Shown piece by piece: positions 47,211 to 57,123 of a stretch of 64,000 nucleotides of DNA (positions within the stretch are counted from its first letter, which is position 1; each line of letters starts with the position of its first letter). A program made the translations under genes and the position numbers. The notes under the pieces are model-generated. The model was not told where the DNA came from. It saw only the letters and a list, made by a program, of their open reading frames with translations, and did no database searches. The stretch comes from an uncultured Alphaproteobacteria bacterium (lineage in GTDB: Bacteria > Pseudomonadota > Alphaproteobacteria > Rs-D84), in contig CALXXV010000006.1 in the NCBI GenBank assembly GCA_944392775.1, positions 20,106-84,105 of the forward strand, in the 5' to 3' direction.

Positions 47211-48038
47211 TTAATTATTTGCATTCAACAAATATTCATAATTATACTTGCTACATTCTTCGGGTACCTCCCCGCCGGATTTTTGAAGCTTTGCACACTC
47301 TTCTTTTACTATCTTTAATTGAGCAATAAATTTATCAAAATCTGGGTCTTTATCATTTTTTAAAACCAATAACTGGGACAACAAAACTTCATCATTTGAT
47401 AAATTTTCATTATTTTGCCCTTCTACTTTTCCTCCGATCAAAGAATTTCCAAACAGTTCCATCGCGCCTACACCGATTGCTGCACCGCCAACGGCAGCAC
47501 CGACGCTACCCCAAACACGTGCATTTTTTCTGGCATCTAAAATTCTTTGTCGAACCGTATCTTCATTTGCCCATTCACCACAAGTTATTATTCTGCCCAT
47601 CTCAAAATAACGAGCGGGAATATCCGACAAACTTATCTTTGAATCATTAGACTTTAATTCCACCCTTACAAAACAAACATTATTATCTGGTTCTATTACA
47701 TCCTCTATCATAGACATATAATTATTGCTATCGCTATATCTAGACGCCCACACAAAGGTATTACCTAGCCCCACATTATTATTTACACACGCTTCTTTTT
47801 CTTTATCTCTGTTATTTTCAATTGGTTCGGAAGGCTTTTCTTCAAGATCTATTTTATTTATTGTAGGCTGCGAATTAGATGCAGACATTGCCTCTAATTG
47901 ATTAGTAGAAGCAGTTGCACGTGGCGCACTCATTACCATTTGAGAAGTAACAGATCTTCGCGCCTGCGAACTTGAAGAAGCCGCAAAGGCGGGCAAAGCT
48001 ACAAAAAAAGCCATAAAAATCGGTAACGATCTGAACAT
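47211..48038 (-). CDS. Secreted hypothetical protein with glycine-zipper-like segment
   Basis: Signal peptide (PAFA), several Cys and WGSVGAAVGGAAIGVGAMELFG. Confidence 0.7.
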   Translation of the reverse strand: MFRSLPIFMAFFVALPAFAASSSSQARRSVTSQMVMSAPRATASTNQLEAMSASNSQPTINKIDLEEKPSEPIENNRDKEKEACVNNNVGLGNTFVWASRYSDSNNYMSMIEDVIEPDNNVCFVRVELKSNDSKISLSDIPARYFEMGRIITCGEWANEDTVRQRILDARKNARVWGSVGAAVGGAAIGVGAMELFGNSLIGGKVEGQNNENLSNDEVLLSQLLVLKNDKDPDFDKFIAQLKIVKEECAKLQKSGGEVPEECSKYNYEYLLNANN

Positions 48039-48126
48039 TTTCTACATTTCTCTTTATTATTTTATATTATATCATAAAAATGATATAAAATAAAGACCTT
48101 AAAAAATAATCTGCTAAAAAAGCAGA

Positions 48127-48714
48127 TTATTTTTTCCATTTCCATTCAATTTTACTTTCTGTTCCATTGAACAAACGTTTTATATTTTCACGATGTCTCC
48201 ATAAACATAACAAAGCAATTGCCAAGAACGGTAAACCTATTTGCCACCCCATAAAGAATCCTAATACAAACATTACACAGAAAGCGACAACCGCACCAAG
48301 TGAAGAATAACCAGAAGACAGAGCAACAATTAACCATTCTATACCACAAATAATAAAAGAAACTGGACTTACTGCTAAAAGAACACCAAACAAAGAAGAA
48401 ATCCCTTTTCCACCATGAAAATTCAACCAAACAGGATAACAATGTCCAACGATAGCAACAAATCCGCACCAAGCGCCAAAGATTTCACCCCCTATTGCAA
48501 CCCCTACAAACACAGCAGCAATTGCTTTTAGCATATCTAAAATCCACGTAATCGCCGCCATTCTAAGCCCGCCAACACGCATAACATTAGTTGCACCGAT
48601 ATTACCACTACCAACCTTACGTAAATCACCTTTCCCCATAAAACGAGTTAACAACAACCCCATTGGTACAGACCCTAAAAAATAAGCAATAACAATTCCT
48701 ATTACATACATCAT
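48127..48714 (-). CDS. plsY: Glycerol-3-phosphate acyltransferase PlsY
   Basis: YFLGS.P.G, GSGNIGATN..R, GH.YP...F.GGKG and RH.ENI.RL. Confidence 0.96.
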   Translation of the reverse strand: MMYVIGIVIAYFLGSVPMGLLLTRFMGKGDLRKVGSGNIGATNVMRVGGLRMAAITWILDMLKAIAAVFVGVAIGGEIFGAWCGFVAIVGHCYPVWLNFHGGKGISSLFGVLLAVSPVSFIICGIEWLIVALSSGYSSLGAVVAFCVMFVLGFFMGWQIGLPFLAIALLCLWRHRENIKRLFNGTESKIEWKWKK

Positions 48715-48787
48715 TTTATTTTTCCTTGATTTTATGTTTGTTTTTTATAAAATAGCAGAAAACGTGATTAAATAAAAGGAAAATAAA

Positions 48788-49048
48788 GTGGCAAATCACA
48801 AATCATCTGAAAAAAGAATTTTAGTAACGATAAAAAAGAATGCTATAAATACAGCGCGTCGTAGTGCGGTAAAAACAGCAACAAAAAAGGCTTTGGCCGC
48901 AATTGAAACGGGCGACAAAACAGCAGCAATTAGCGCAAGTCGTGCAGCAGAAAGTAAAATTATGAAATCGGCTGGAAAAATTATGCCGAAAAAACGCGCT
49001 GCTAGAAAGATATCTCGCTTAACAAAAAAAGTTGCTAAAATAGCATAA
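48788..49048 (+). CDS. rpsT: 30S ribosomal protein S20
   Basis: MANHKSSEKR...N..RRS..KT..KK...AARKISRL. Confidence 0.93.
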   Translation: MANHKSSEKRILVTIKKNAINTARRSAVKTATKKALAAIETGDKTAAISASRAAESKIMKSAGKIMPKKRAARKISRLTKKVAKIA

Positions 49049-49067
49049 CTTTCAATCATAAAAATTT

Positions 49068-49096
49068 TAAAAAGCCCTTAAAACAAGGGCTTTTTA
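49068..49096. terminator. Bidirectional terminator
   Basis: TAAAAAGCCCTT-AAAAC-AAGGGCTTTTTA. Confidence 0.8.
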
Positions 49097-49123
49097 TACT
49101 ACCATATTTATAGTTACAATTTT

Positions 49124-50752
49124 TTAATTCAAGGGTGCGCCCCAATGCTGCTGAATATTACGTTCCGCATCCATTGGGCTGATTAATACTTGTGGTGTTA
49201 AAATTACAACCAATACATCTCTTGTAGCAGCAGTTTCACGAGATCCGGACAACGCCATAAAATCGGGATCACCTAAACCATAACGCGTATCATTATTTGT
49301 CTGTTTTTCAAAACCTGAAACGACTAACATCTGACCAGACTCCATAATAACTTCTTGCATAAAACTACGTTCTTCTACTTCTGGTAATTGTAACGTTACT
49401 TCACCAATCGTCTGAGTAGACATCTTTAACAATTCACGAATGGACATTCTAAACAACAATAAAATCTTGCCATTTTCTAAAACATTAGGCAATAATTGCA
49501 TAGAAAATCCAGTTTCTAAATCATCTTGATCAACAGTACTTGATTCAACCGTTGTAAAGTTACGCGATTCAAAACGTTTAATATAACCAGTCGACTTCGT
49601 GTTATTTACAGGTGCAACACGATTACTACGTGTTGTAACCCCAACATTTGTAACCAAAGAAACCTTACCCTGTTTTGCCAAAGCCTGAATCAAAGCATTA
49701 CTACCTGCCGCACCAGACAAAGAACCATTCTTAATTTGATCTTGAGTATAAGCCCCGGCAATTTCTTCACCATTTTCATAATGCGTAGCTCCGGTAAGAG
49801 CAGATACAGTATTTGATAAAACCGCAATATTCATAGAACTAGCTTCCGTTGTAGCTAAATTATTTTTAGGATTAGCAACAATATTTAATCCAGATGCAGA
49901 GTTTATAGCTGCTGCTAAATTTAAACCGAAAGCCGAATCATTAGAAATAGAAACTTGCAAAACTTTTACATCAATTGTTACCAACTGAGATAAACGTTTA
50001 TTTTGACGTGCAATATAATCACCAACACGAGCCAAAACGGATGGCGGTGCAGTAACAGTTATTGTTCCCAAGCTACGCGATACAGTAAAATCAGAATTAT
50101 CATTATCTCCGATTATTGTCGCTATAGCATTTTCAATTTCATCCCATTCTTTTAACGTAGATTCTAATGAAACCTGATTACCGTCATCTGTATTTACTGC
50201 CGTCTGATAAGACACATCTGTTCCTAATGCATATAAAGTAAATGTTTTCGTTTCTGTTTCATAAAAAACAATAGCTTTTTTATCGTAATACCACAACAAA
50301 TCTAAATCTGTTGCTATTTGAGATAACAATCCAGATAATTTTCCTGTATAAGCAATATTTATCGTTTTTTTCAATTTATCTGCATCAACTTGGCTATCTA
50401 TCTTTACAGGTATATTTGTAATAGATGTTATATTGTTTGCTAAAACCTGCAAAGTAACGGGTTCGTCTAAAAGAATTGTAATACCTGTATCTGTTTCAAA
50501 CTGAGAAGGCAGATTATTTCTATGTTCTAAAAGTGTAGAAGATGCCCCTAACCAAACCCCCTCAGACATAGAAACAGTATCGCCACTTGCAACTTTTGCT
50601 CTTGGATTTTTTGCCATTTCAAATGCATCATAAGCATTTATAAAATCTTGATCGACAGACGCTGCAACCTTTGCCGACTCTTCTTTTGCACATCCCGTTA
50701 TTAAAACAGAAGAAATTCCGCATAAAACAAAAAATTTAAATGGGTTCATCAT
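49124..50752 (-). CDS. Type IVb pilus lipoprotein secretin (PilN/BfpB/TcpC-like)
   Basis: Lipobox ITGC; Y.G.LSGLL..IA, G.ITVTA.PS.L..V..YI, ALAKQGKV, TGFSM.LLP, SGQ.LV.SGFE and LV..LTP. Confidence 0.85.
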   Translation of the reverse strand: MMNPFKFFVLCGISSVLITGCAKEESAKVAASVDQDFINAYDAFEMAKNPRAKVASGDTVSMSEGVWLGASSTLLEHRNNLPSQFETDTGITILLDEPVTLQVLANNITSITNIPVKIDSQVDADKLKKTINIAYTGKLSGLLSQIATDLDLLWYYDKKAIVFYETETKTFTLYALGTDVSYQTAVNTDDGNQVSLESTLKEWDEIENAIATIIGDNDNSDFTVSRSLGTITVTAPPSVLARVGDYIARQNKRLSQLVTIDVKVLQVSISNDSAFGLNLAAAINSASGLNIVANPKNNLATTEASSMNIAVLSNTVSALTGATHYENGEEIAGAYTQDQIKNGSLSGAAGSNALIQALAKQGKVSLVTNVGVTTRSNRVAPVNNTKSTGYIKRFESRNFTTVESSTVDQDDLETGFSMQLLPNVLENGKILLLFRMSIRELLKMSTQTIGEVTLQLPEVEERSFMQEVIMESGQMLVVSGFEKQTNNDTRYGLGDPDFMALSGSRETAATRDVLVVILTPQVLISPMDAERNIQQHWGAPLN

Positions 50753-50786
50753 CTATCTTCTCCTCTGGCACAAAAATATTTAAGCC

Positions 50787-51713
50787 TTATTCTTCAGATG
50801 TAGAAATCACTAAAACTCTGTTACCTTTATAAAATTTTGCATATGGTATCGGGGTAGCACGTGAAAAGTTCCTAACCAACGCAGAAGCCACATCTACAAA
50901 CCGCCCTTTAAAAACTGCACTTGCTTCTATCGGATATTCACGAGAAGTAGCCCAAACTAAATCCCACCCCTCTTTATTACACCAATCTTGCAAAACCTCG
51001 CGCAAGGTCTGACCATTTGCGACAACCCAAGAGCGCACTTGATCCGTAAGCGTTTTTGGAGCCTCTGCGTCAGCAGAAATATCTACAGAAATTTCTGTTT
51101 CTGACGTTGTACTTTCCATCTCATTCACAGTTGCTATTTCACTTTCTGTCATACCAACCTTTGCAGCGAACGCATCATATTCATCCCTATAACTATTACA
51201 ATTTTTTCTTCCACTACGAGAAACCGTCAAAATAGCCCCGCCATCATCTTCCAACATCTCTCTGTGCAAAAGAGGCATTTCCGAACCATTATTACACTCA
51301 TCATCAAAACCAACAGGTATCTGGGTTCCATGTAGCATATTTGCCCCACCGGACCAACCACCAAAACCATCCGTATCAAAACCACCCAAATTAAAATTAT
51401 TTTCAACGACTAAATCTGCACCAATTTTAGAAACTATACGAATATTTTCTGTTTGCTTATTTTTATTACATGCAGCATCTTCACACGCAATTTCTACATC
51501 AGCATCTGAACCAGCTATGGGCCAAACAGGAACCGACGCCTGCTGAACGATAGAATTTTGATTTACATCATATTGAACTTGTTGATTTTCATTTACTATC
51601 TTATCAGTAGTATAAAAAACTTCTGACGTAACAACCTGCGGCAAAGATTCTGCGGCAAAACAATATCCAGCAGCTGTTGCAAACATTGTAACAATCAAAA
51701 TCTTGCGAAACAT
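50787..51713 (-). CDS. TcpQ/PilL-like domain protein
   Basis: Signal peptide; C-terminal W....GQTLREVL..W....GW.LVW....YPI..SA.F.G.F...L; directly upstream of the secretin. Confidence 0.75.
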   Translation of the reverse strand: MFRKILIVTMFATAAGYCFAAESLPQVVTSEVFYTTDKIVNENQQVQYDVNQNSIVQQASVPVWPIAGSDADVEIACEDAACNKNKQTENIRIVSKIGADLVVENNFNLGGFDTDGFGGWSGGANMLHGTQIPVGFDDECNNGSEMPLLHREMLEDDGGAILTVSRSGRKNCNSYRDEYDAFAAKVGMTESEIATVNEMESTTSETEISVDISADAEAPKTLTDQVRSWVVANGQTLREVLQDWCNKEGWDLVWATSREYPIEASAVFKGRFVDVASALVRNFSRATPIPYAKFYKGNRVLVISTSEE

Positions 51714-51756
51714 AAAAACTTCCTTTCCTAAAAAGTTTCATAATCTAATTATAATT

Positions 51757-51785
51757 ATTATATCAATTTGACCGAATCTGTGCAA
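51757..51785 (-). promoter_or_regulatory. Promoter of the TcpQ-secretin operon with embedded GANTC
   Basis: The minus strand reads TTGCAC-AGATTCG-GTCAAATTGA-TATAAT (17-nt spacer). Confidence 0.6.
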
Positions 51786-51832
51786 GACCAAAACGCATTG
51801 AAAATGGTAATTAAAAAACTTCCAAGATAAAA

Positions 51833-51861
51833 TCGCACGAATCGCTAAAAAATGCTATACT
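51833..51861 (+). promoter_or_regulatory. Promoter of the 51895-sufBC operon with embedded GANTC
   Basis: TCGCA-CGAATCG-CTAAAAAATGC-TATACT. Confidence 0.5.
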
Positions 51862-51894
51862 AAATCGAACAAATTTGTTGATTAGGAGTTTTTT

Positions 51895-52440
51895 ATGTAT
51901 AACACATTATTATTACTAAGTTTTATACTTTTAATATTAATAAACTGTGGCCTTATTTACTTTATGTTTTCAATATACGCAAATATTCGCGATATGAGAA
52001 AAACTCTTACCCATCAATATAATTTGATAGTAAAGATCCAATCAACATTAAAAAGTAAATCAGCAACAAACGCTGTTGCCGAAAACGCCGAGATGATATA
52101 TCAAGATTTATTACAAAATTTAATTCCTATAATGGCTGCAATAGATATAATGCCCCGAACAACTTCTGAACATCCTTTATGGCGAGCTTTAGGTGGCATA
52201 ATGGATGAATATGCAAAAAATCCTTTCGCTTTAGAAAAATTACGCAGATGCATAAAGTTAGATTCCGAAGTAGCCCGTAGCGTAGAAAACTATATGAATC
52301 GAGCAGACAGTTTTTTACACCATCTAACAACAACAGATCCAGACGGAATATTATCTGCGACATTTACAGATGGTTTACTAGGTCAATCTTTAACATTTTT
52401 TGCACAAGCAAAACAACTTGCCAATCAAACTAATGAATAA
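51895..52440 (+). CDS. Hypothetical protein with N-terminal TM
   Basis: AGGAG RBS, one TM, helical C-terminus; 6 bp upstream of sufB. Confidence 0.7.
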   Translation: MYNTLLLLSFILLILINCGLIYFMFSIYANIRDMRKTLTHQYNLIVKIQSTLKSKSATNAVAENAEMIYQDLLQNLIPIMAAIDIMPRTTSEHPLWRALGGIMDEYAKNPFALEKLRRCIKLDSEVARSVENYMNRADSFLHHLTTTDPDGILSATFTDGLLGQSLTFFAQAKQLANQTNE

Positions 52441-52446
52441 CACATA

Positions 52447-53784
52447 ATGCCGAAAATATCAGAAAATCTTATAAAAAAAATATCGTCTCTTCGTGATGAA
52501 CCTGAATGGTTATTAGCATGGCGATTAAAAGCCTTTAATTTTTGGAAAACGATGAACGAACCACATTGGGCGGAATTAAATTACGAACCGATAGATTATA
52601 ATAAATTAAATTATTATAACGAAGTTGGACAAATTAATAATTCTGATCTTATAAAAGTTTATGAACAAATGGGGTTACCAGAACACGAACAAAAAGCTTT
52701 ACTAGGTATGGCAACCGACACAGTTATTGATAGTAAATCAGTTCACACATCATATACAGAAGAATTAAATAAACTTGGAATAATATTTCTACCATTTTCT
52801 GATGCGGTAAAAAAGCATCCAGAATTAATAAAAAAATACCTTGGAACAGTGGTTCCTGCTACTGACAATTTTTTTGCAGCACTAAACGCTTCTGTATTTT
52901 CAGATGGAACATTTGTATACATTCCCCCTAAAACAAAATGTCCGATCGATTTAGCAAGCTATTTTAGAATAGAAACGGCCAAAATAAGCCAATTTGAAAG
53001 AACGCTGATAATAGCAGATGAAGGATCAGAAGTTAGTTACATGGAAGGTTGCAGCGCACCAAGACGCCCCAATCACCAATTACATAGTGGTGTCGTTGAA
53101 ATAATTGCTAATAATAATGCCATTGTAAAATATGCAACCGTACAAAATTGGTATGCGGGGTCAACCGCAACTGAAACAAATAAAAAAAATTCTGGTGGAA
53201 TATTAAATTTTGTAACCAAACGAGGCATTTGCCATAATAATGCCCGATTAGACTGGACCCAGGTAGAAATAGGTTCCGCAATAACTTGGAAATACCCTTC
53301 CACAATTTTAAAAGGCGACGGATCAAAAAGTGACTTTTATTCTCTTACAATAACTCGTGGTATACAGCAAGCGGACACAGGTACGAAAATGATACATATT
53401 GGGAATGAAACGATTTCCAACATTGTTTCTTACGGTGTGGCTTTAGATAAATCCCGTCAAACATTTCGAAGCATGGTAAGTTTTTCAGGAACAGGCAGTA
53501 AAAATGCATCAAAATGCGATACACGCATAATAGGATCAGAAGCCACAGCAAATACATTACCCACAATAATTCATTCGAACGGGAAAAACATACAAAGCCA
53601 CGAAGCATCAACAGGTACAATTGATGCAAAACAGTTACTTTTTATAATGCAAGCCGGAATTTCTGAAGATGAAGCAATAAGTTTAATAATAGGTGCCGCG
53701 GCATCACCCATAATTTCTCGTCTACCGATGGAATTTCTAGTAGAATCAAAACAATTAATACAAATGGCAATTTCTAGAAAATAA
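52447..53784 (+). CDS. sufB: Fe-S cluster assembly protein SufB
   Basis: EPEWLLAWRL.AF, QFERTLIIA, EGCSAP, GSAITWKYPS, QADTGTKM and HEAS. Confidence 0.95.
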   Translation: MPKISENLIKKISSLRDEPEWLLAWRLKAFNFWKTMNEPHWAELNYEPIDYNKLNYYNEVGQINNSDLIKVYEQMGLPEHEQKALLGMATDTVIDSKSVHTSYTEELNKLGIIFLPFSDAVKKHPELIKKYLGTVVPATDNFFAALNASVFSDGTFVYIPPKTKCPIDLASYFRIETAKISQFERTLIIADEGSEVSYMEGCSAPRRPNHQLHSGVVEIIANNNAIVKYATVQNWYAGSTATETNKKNSGGILNFVTKRGICHNNARLDWTQVEIGSAITWKYPSTILKGDGSKSDFYSLTITRGIQQADTGTKMIHIGNETISNIVSYGVALDKSRQTFRSMVSFSGTGSKNASKCDTRIIGSEATANTLPTIIHSNGKNIQSHEASTGTIDAKQLLFIMQAGISEDEAISLIIGAAASPIISRLPMEFLVESKQLIQMAISRK

Positions 53785-53844
53785 ATTTAAATTAGATAAA
53801 GAAATTTTTATTATGTTATAATTCTAAGGACATAGGGAAAAAAT

Positions 53845-54525
53845 ATGATATTAGAAATAAAAGACCTTTCTGTATCTTTAAACGACAAACAGTTATTATC
53901 AGATATAAATATGAAAATCAAATCTGGTGAAAGACATCTATTAGCAGGTCATAATGGCTCTGGCAAAAGTACGCTTGTTAATACAATTGCTGGTAACCCA
54001 GATTATACAATTAATAAAGGTCAAATCATATTTGAAGGCCGTGATATAACTAATGAATCTGCAACGACACGCGCTTTGCTAGGGATATTTCTTGCATCTC
54101 AAAATGTTCCGGAAATTCCGGGCTTAAGTGTACTAAGTTTTCTAAAGCACTCTCTTACCGCCCATATTCATTTTCAAACAGGGAAAGATATTTCCATGGG
54201 CGAATTTTTATATCGTTTAGAAACTGTACGCAACATACTAGATATACCAAAAGAATGGTTAAATCGAAGCATAAATGTCGGATTTTCTGGTGGTGAAAGA
54301 AAACGTTTAATGCTATTACGATTACTTTTAATTCAACCAAAATTTGCTATATTAGACGAGCCAGATTCCGGAGCAGATAAAGATGTCCAAAAACAAATAA
54401 TACAAACCATAGGAAGTATGAAAAAAACAACTTTTTTATTTATAAGCCACCAACAAGATTTTACTAACAAAATAAACCCGAACGGTATAACTACTTTGTC
54501 TAATGGTAAACTTATGATAAAATAA
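53845..54525 (+). CDS. sufC: Fe-S cluster assembly ATPase SufC
   Basis: GHNGSGKSTL, P.EIPG and LNRS.NVGFSGGE.KR; LDEPDSG. Confidence 0.92.
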   Translation: MILEIKDLSVSLNDKQLLSDINMKIKSGERHLLAGHNGSGKSTLVNTIAGNPDYTINKGQIIFEGRDITNESATTRALLGIFLASQNVPEIPGLSVLSFLKHSLTAHIHFQTGKDISMGEFLYRLETVRNILDIPKEWLNRSINVGFSGGERKRLMLLRLLLIQPKFAILDEPDSGADKDVQKQIIQTIGSMKKTTFLFISHQQDFTNKINPNGITTLSNGKLMIK

Positions 54526-54544
54526 AAAAAATAAAGAGGAAAAA

Positions 54545-55477
54545 ATGGCACAAAAACCAATAAAAAAGGCAACAACTTTATCATCTTGGCTTTTATGGAA
54601 ACCTATGCAGTTTGCGCTGACATCCTTTTTACTAATAATCGCAACAATTTTTATATATATACTGATATGTTCTTTGTTCTTCGATAACTATACATCAAAA
54701 AGTACTTTAACTATATTTTTATCCTTAGCTATTGCTGCAAGCACATATTTAAGTCTAAAAAAAATGCCTAAAGATAATATTAATAGAAAAAGTTTTGTTG
54801 CAATAAACAACGCACAATTATTTCTTATCTCTTCTATATTTATTTTATCAACGATAACAATAATCGCAAATGCCGAAAAAATTATATTAAAAATGTTATG
54901 GCTATCATCACACAACAACATTGGTTTAGTCTTTATATTTATGGTAATTTCATTATTTTATTTATATTTATGCGGTTTATTTTTATCTAATGTATATGCA
55001 AAATATCGTCGCTGTAGATCATTAGGTCTATCACCAATAAAAATACTATGCACAATGCCATTTGGTTTTGGTCTTTTATGGATTCCTGGATATATTCTAC
55101 CGGAACAACAAAAAAAGAATGAAACATTACACATTCATACAAAATGGTATAATAAACTTACAGATTGGATATTGTATAAAAAAATAAATACGATCATATC
55201 TTTTACTATAATTACAATATTTTCTGGTTTTTTCTTTGGCTTTAATATGACGTTAATAACATTTGTTCTTGCGATAATGTTTGCTATATGGTCAAACATA
55301 TTAGGACAACAAAAATTTCAGAATCAAATTTCGCAAAAATATACATCTTTTGCAATTATAGTAAATATCATTTTACTAATAACAATAATTCTAACAGTAA
55401 GTATTTCATCTGCTCCTGGAACAGCAAACATAAACATGCACATAAACGATATATCTAACACACTTTCAATAAAATGA
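54545..55477 (+). CDS. Polytopic membrane protein of unknown function
   Basis: About seven hydrophobic segments; GAGGA RBS. Confidence 0.7.
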   Translation: MAQKPIKKATTLSSWLLWKPMQFALTSFLLIIATIFIYILICSLFFDNYTSKSTLTIFLSLAIAASTYLSLKKMPKDNINRKSFVAINNAQLFLISSIFILSTITIIANAEKIILKMLWLSSHNNIGLVFIFMVISLFYLYLCGLFLSNVYAKYRRCRSLGLSPIKILCTMPFGFGLLWIPGYILPEQQKKNETLHIHTKWYNKLTDWILYKKINTIISFTIITIFSGFFFGFNMTLITFVLAIMFAIWSNILGQQKFQNQISQKYTSFAIIVNIILLITIILTVSISSAPGTANINMHINDISNTLSIK

Positions 55478-55519
55478 TAAAGTCGCTATATACAAGATTT
55501 TAAGGCATAGGAGATTTTC

Positions 55520-56569
55520 ATGAATGGGTTAATTTTATTTGCAGCTTTAATTTTCTTTTTATGGATAGGTCGCTCTATATTAATACCTTTACTTGTTGCA
55601 ACATTTTTGTGGTATTTAATAAATGCTATATCTTCTTATTTTAGATTAATATTGCCATTAAATTCTGCCCAAGAAAGAAAACTTAGACCTATTTTTTCTC
55701 GTGTTCTTGATTGGACCTCTAACATAACAGCTACAATCATATTATGTGGTGTGATATATTTGTTCTTAACACAAATACAACCGATGTTTAAAGAACTTGT
55801 TGCGGCTTTACCTGCTTTACAAACGAAATTGATAACATTCGGGAACTATTTATCTGAATCTTTAGGCTTACGTTTTGATGCCAGCATGATTCCTAACATT
55901 GCAAATATTGCAACTAATATAGGCGCATCTGCAGCAAATCTAGTAACATCTGCTGGCATGATATTAGTTTACATGCTATTCATGTTTATTGAACAAAGTA
56001 CTTTTAATAAAAAATTTTCTGTATTATTTCCGAATAAAAACCGTTTAAAGAAGATGCGCTATATATTAGCCAGTATTGATGAAAACATGAAAAAATATTT
56101 ATTTATGAAAACTCTTATATCAGGAATAACAGGAATATTATCTTATTTTTGGTTACAAATGATAGGTGTTGATTTTGCTGGCATATGGGCATTCGTAGTA
56201 TTCATAACTAGCTACATACCAACAATTGGTGCAATAGTTGCATGTGCATTACCAATACTTTATTCATTAATAACCGCCCCTTCATTACACCAACCCCTAT
56301 TAACAGCTTTAGGTTTAATAAGCTTACAAATAATTTTTGGCAACATCCTAGAACCAAAATTAACTGGAAAAACTCTAAATCTATCTACTCTTGCAATTTT
56401 AATAAATTTGGTATTTTGGGGTATGATTTGGGGTATAGCAGGAATGTTCTTTAGCGTACCATTATTAGTAGCAACATTTATTATAACAGCGCAATTTGAT
56501 TCAACACGTTGGATTGCGGTACTATTATCAGCAGACGGGAAAATTCCTGATAAAAGCGAAGAAGAATAA
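55520..56569 (+). CDS. AI-2E family transporter
   Basis: YIPTIGAI, GN.LEPKL.G..LNLS and FWG..WG.AGM..SVPL. Confidence 0.92.
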   Translation: MNGLILFAALIFFLWIGRSILIPLLVATFLWYLINAISSYFRLILPLNSAQERKLRPIFSRVLDWTSNITATIILCGVIYLFLTQIQPMFKELVAALPALQTKLITFGNYLSESLGLRFDASMIPNIANIATNIGASAANLVTSAGMILVYMLFMFIEQSTFNKKFSVLFPNKNRLKKMRYILASIDENMKKYLFMKTLISGITGILSYFWLQMIGVDFAGIWAFVVFITSYIPTIGAIVACALPILYSLITAPSLHQPLLTALGLISLQIIFGNILEPKLTGKTLNLSTLAILINLVFWGMIWGIAGMFFSVPLLVATFIITAQFDSTRWIAVLLSADGKIPDKSEEE

Positions 56570-56621
56570 AATAAAAAACGGTGCTATATGCACCGTTTCT
56601 GCGTTTTTTATTTAAAATAAA

Positions 56622-57074
56622 CTACTTTAATCTGTTTAACAAAGCAATCGCATTTTCAAGAATTAGTCGTGCAGATTCCGAATCTAACTTCTGTTTTATA
56701 TCAGAAATGCGCACTTTTCCCATTTCTTCCTGTGCAAAAACACTTGTTAAATTTTCTTCTATAAAAGCGACCGGCAAATCTATGTATGTGCACGTTTCTG
56801 TGGCACACGCACGAACCAACTTAGTTGTTTCAGACTCATTTCCGTCTGAATATAAAGGTAATCCAAAAATAATTCCAACTACATTTTCTGATTTTGCTAA
56901 TTCAGCAATTTGCTTTGCAATTGAAGTCCCTGTCTTAGAAGCAATAATAGGTTCTCTTGCGAAAAAGAAATTACGCGCTTCATCAGAAACCGCGATTCCC
57001 GTTCTTTTTGCACCCCAGTCAACCCCTAAAACGCGTCCCGTACGCGGAAAAGCCTTGAATTCTGGCAAAATCAT
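56622..57074 (-). CDS. ruvX: Holliday junction resolvase-like RuvX/YqgF
   Basis: LGVDWG.KRTGIAVSD, G.PL..DG, E.LTS and DS.SA..IL. The real start is ATG 57074; the longer track ORF overlaps gatC. Confidence 0.9.
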   Translation of the reverse strand: MILPEFKAFPRTGRVLGVDWGAKRTGIAVSDEARNFFFAREPIIASKTGTSIAKQIAELAKSENVVGIIFGLPLYSDGNESETTKLVRACATETCTYIDLPVAFIEENLTSVFAQEEMGKVRISDIKQKLDSESARLILENAIALLNRLK

Positions 57075-57123
57075 TGTATAATTTCCTCTGTTTGTAAAAT
57101 ATATAGATAGAATAGGATTAGAA

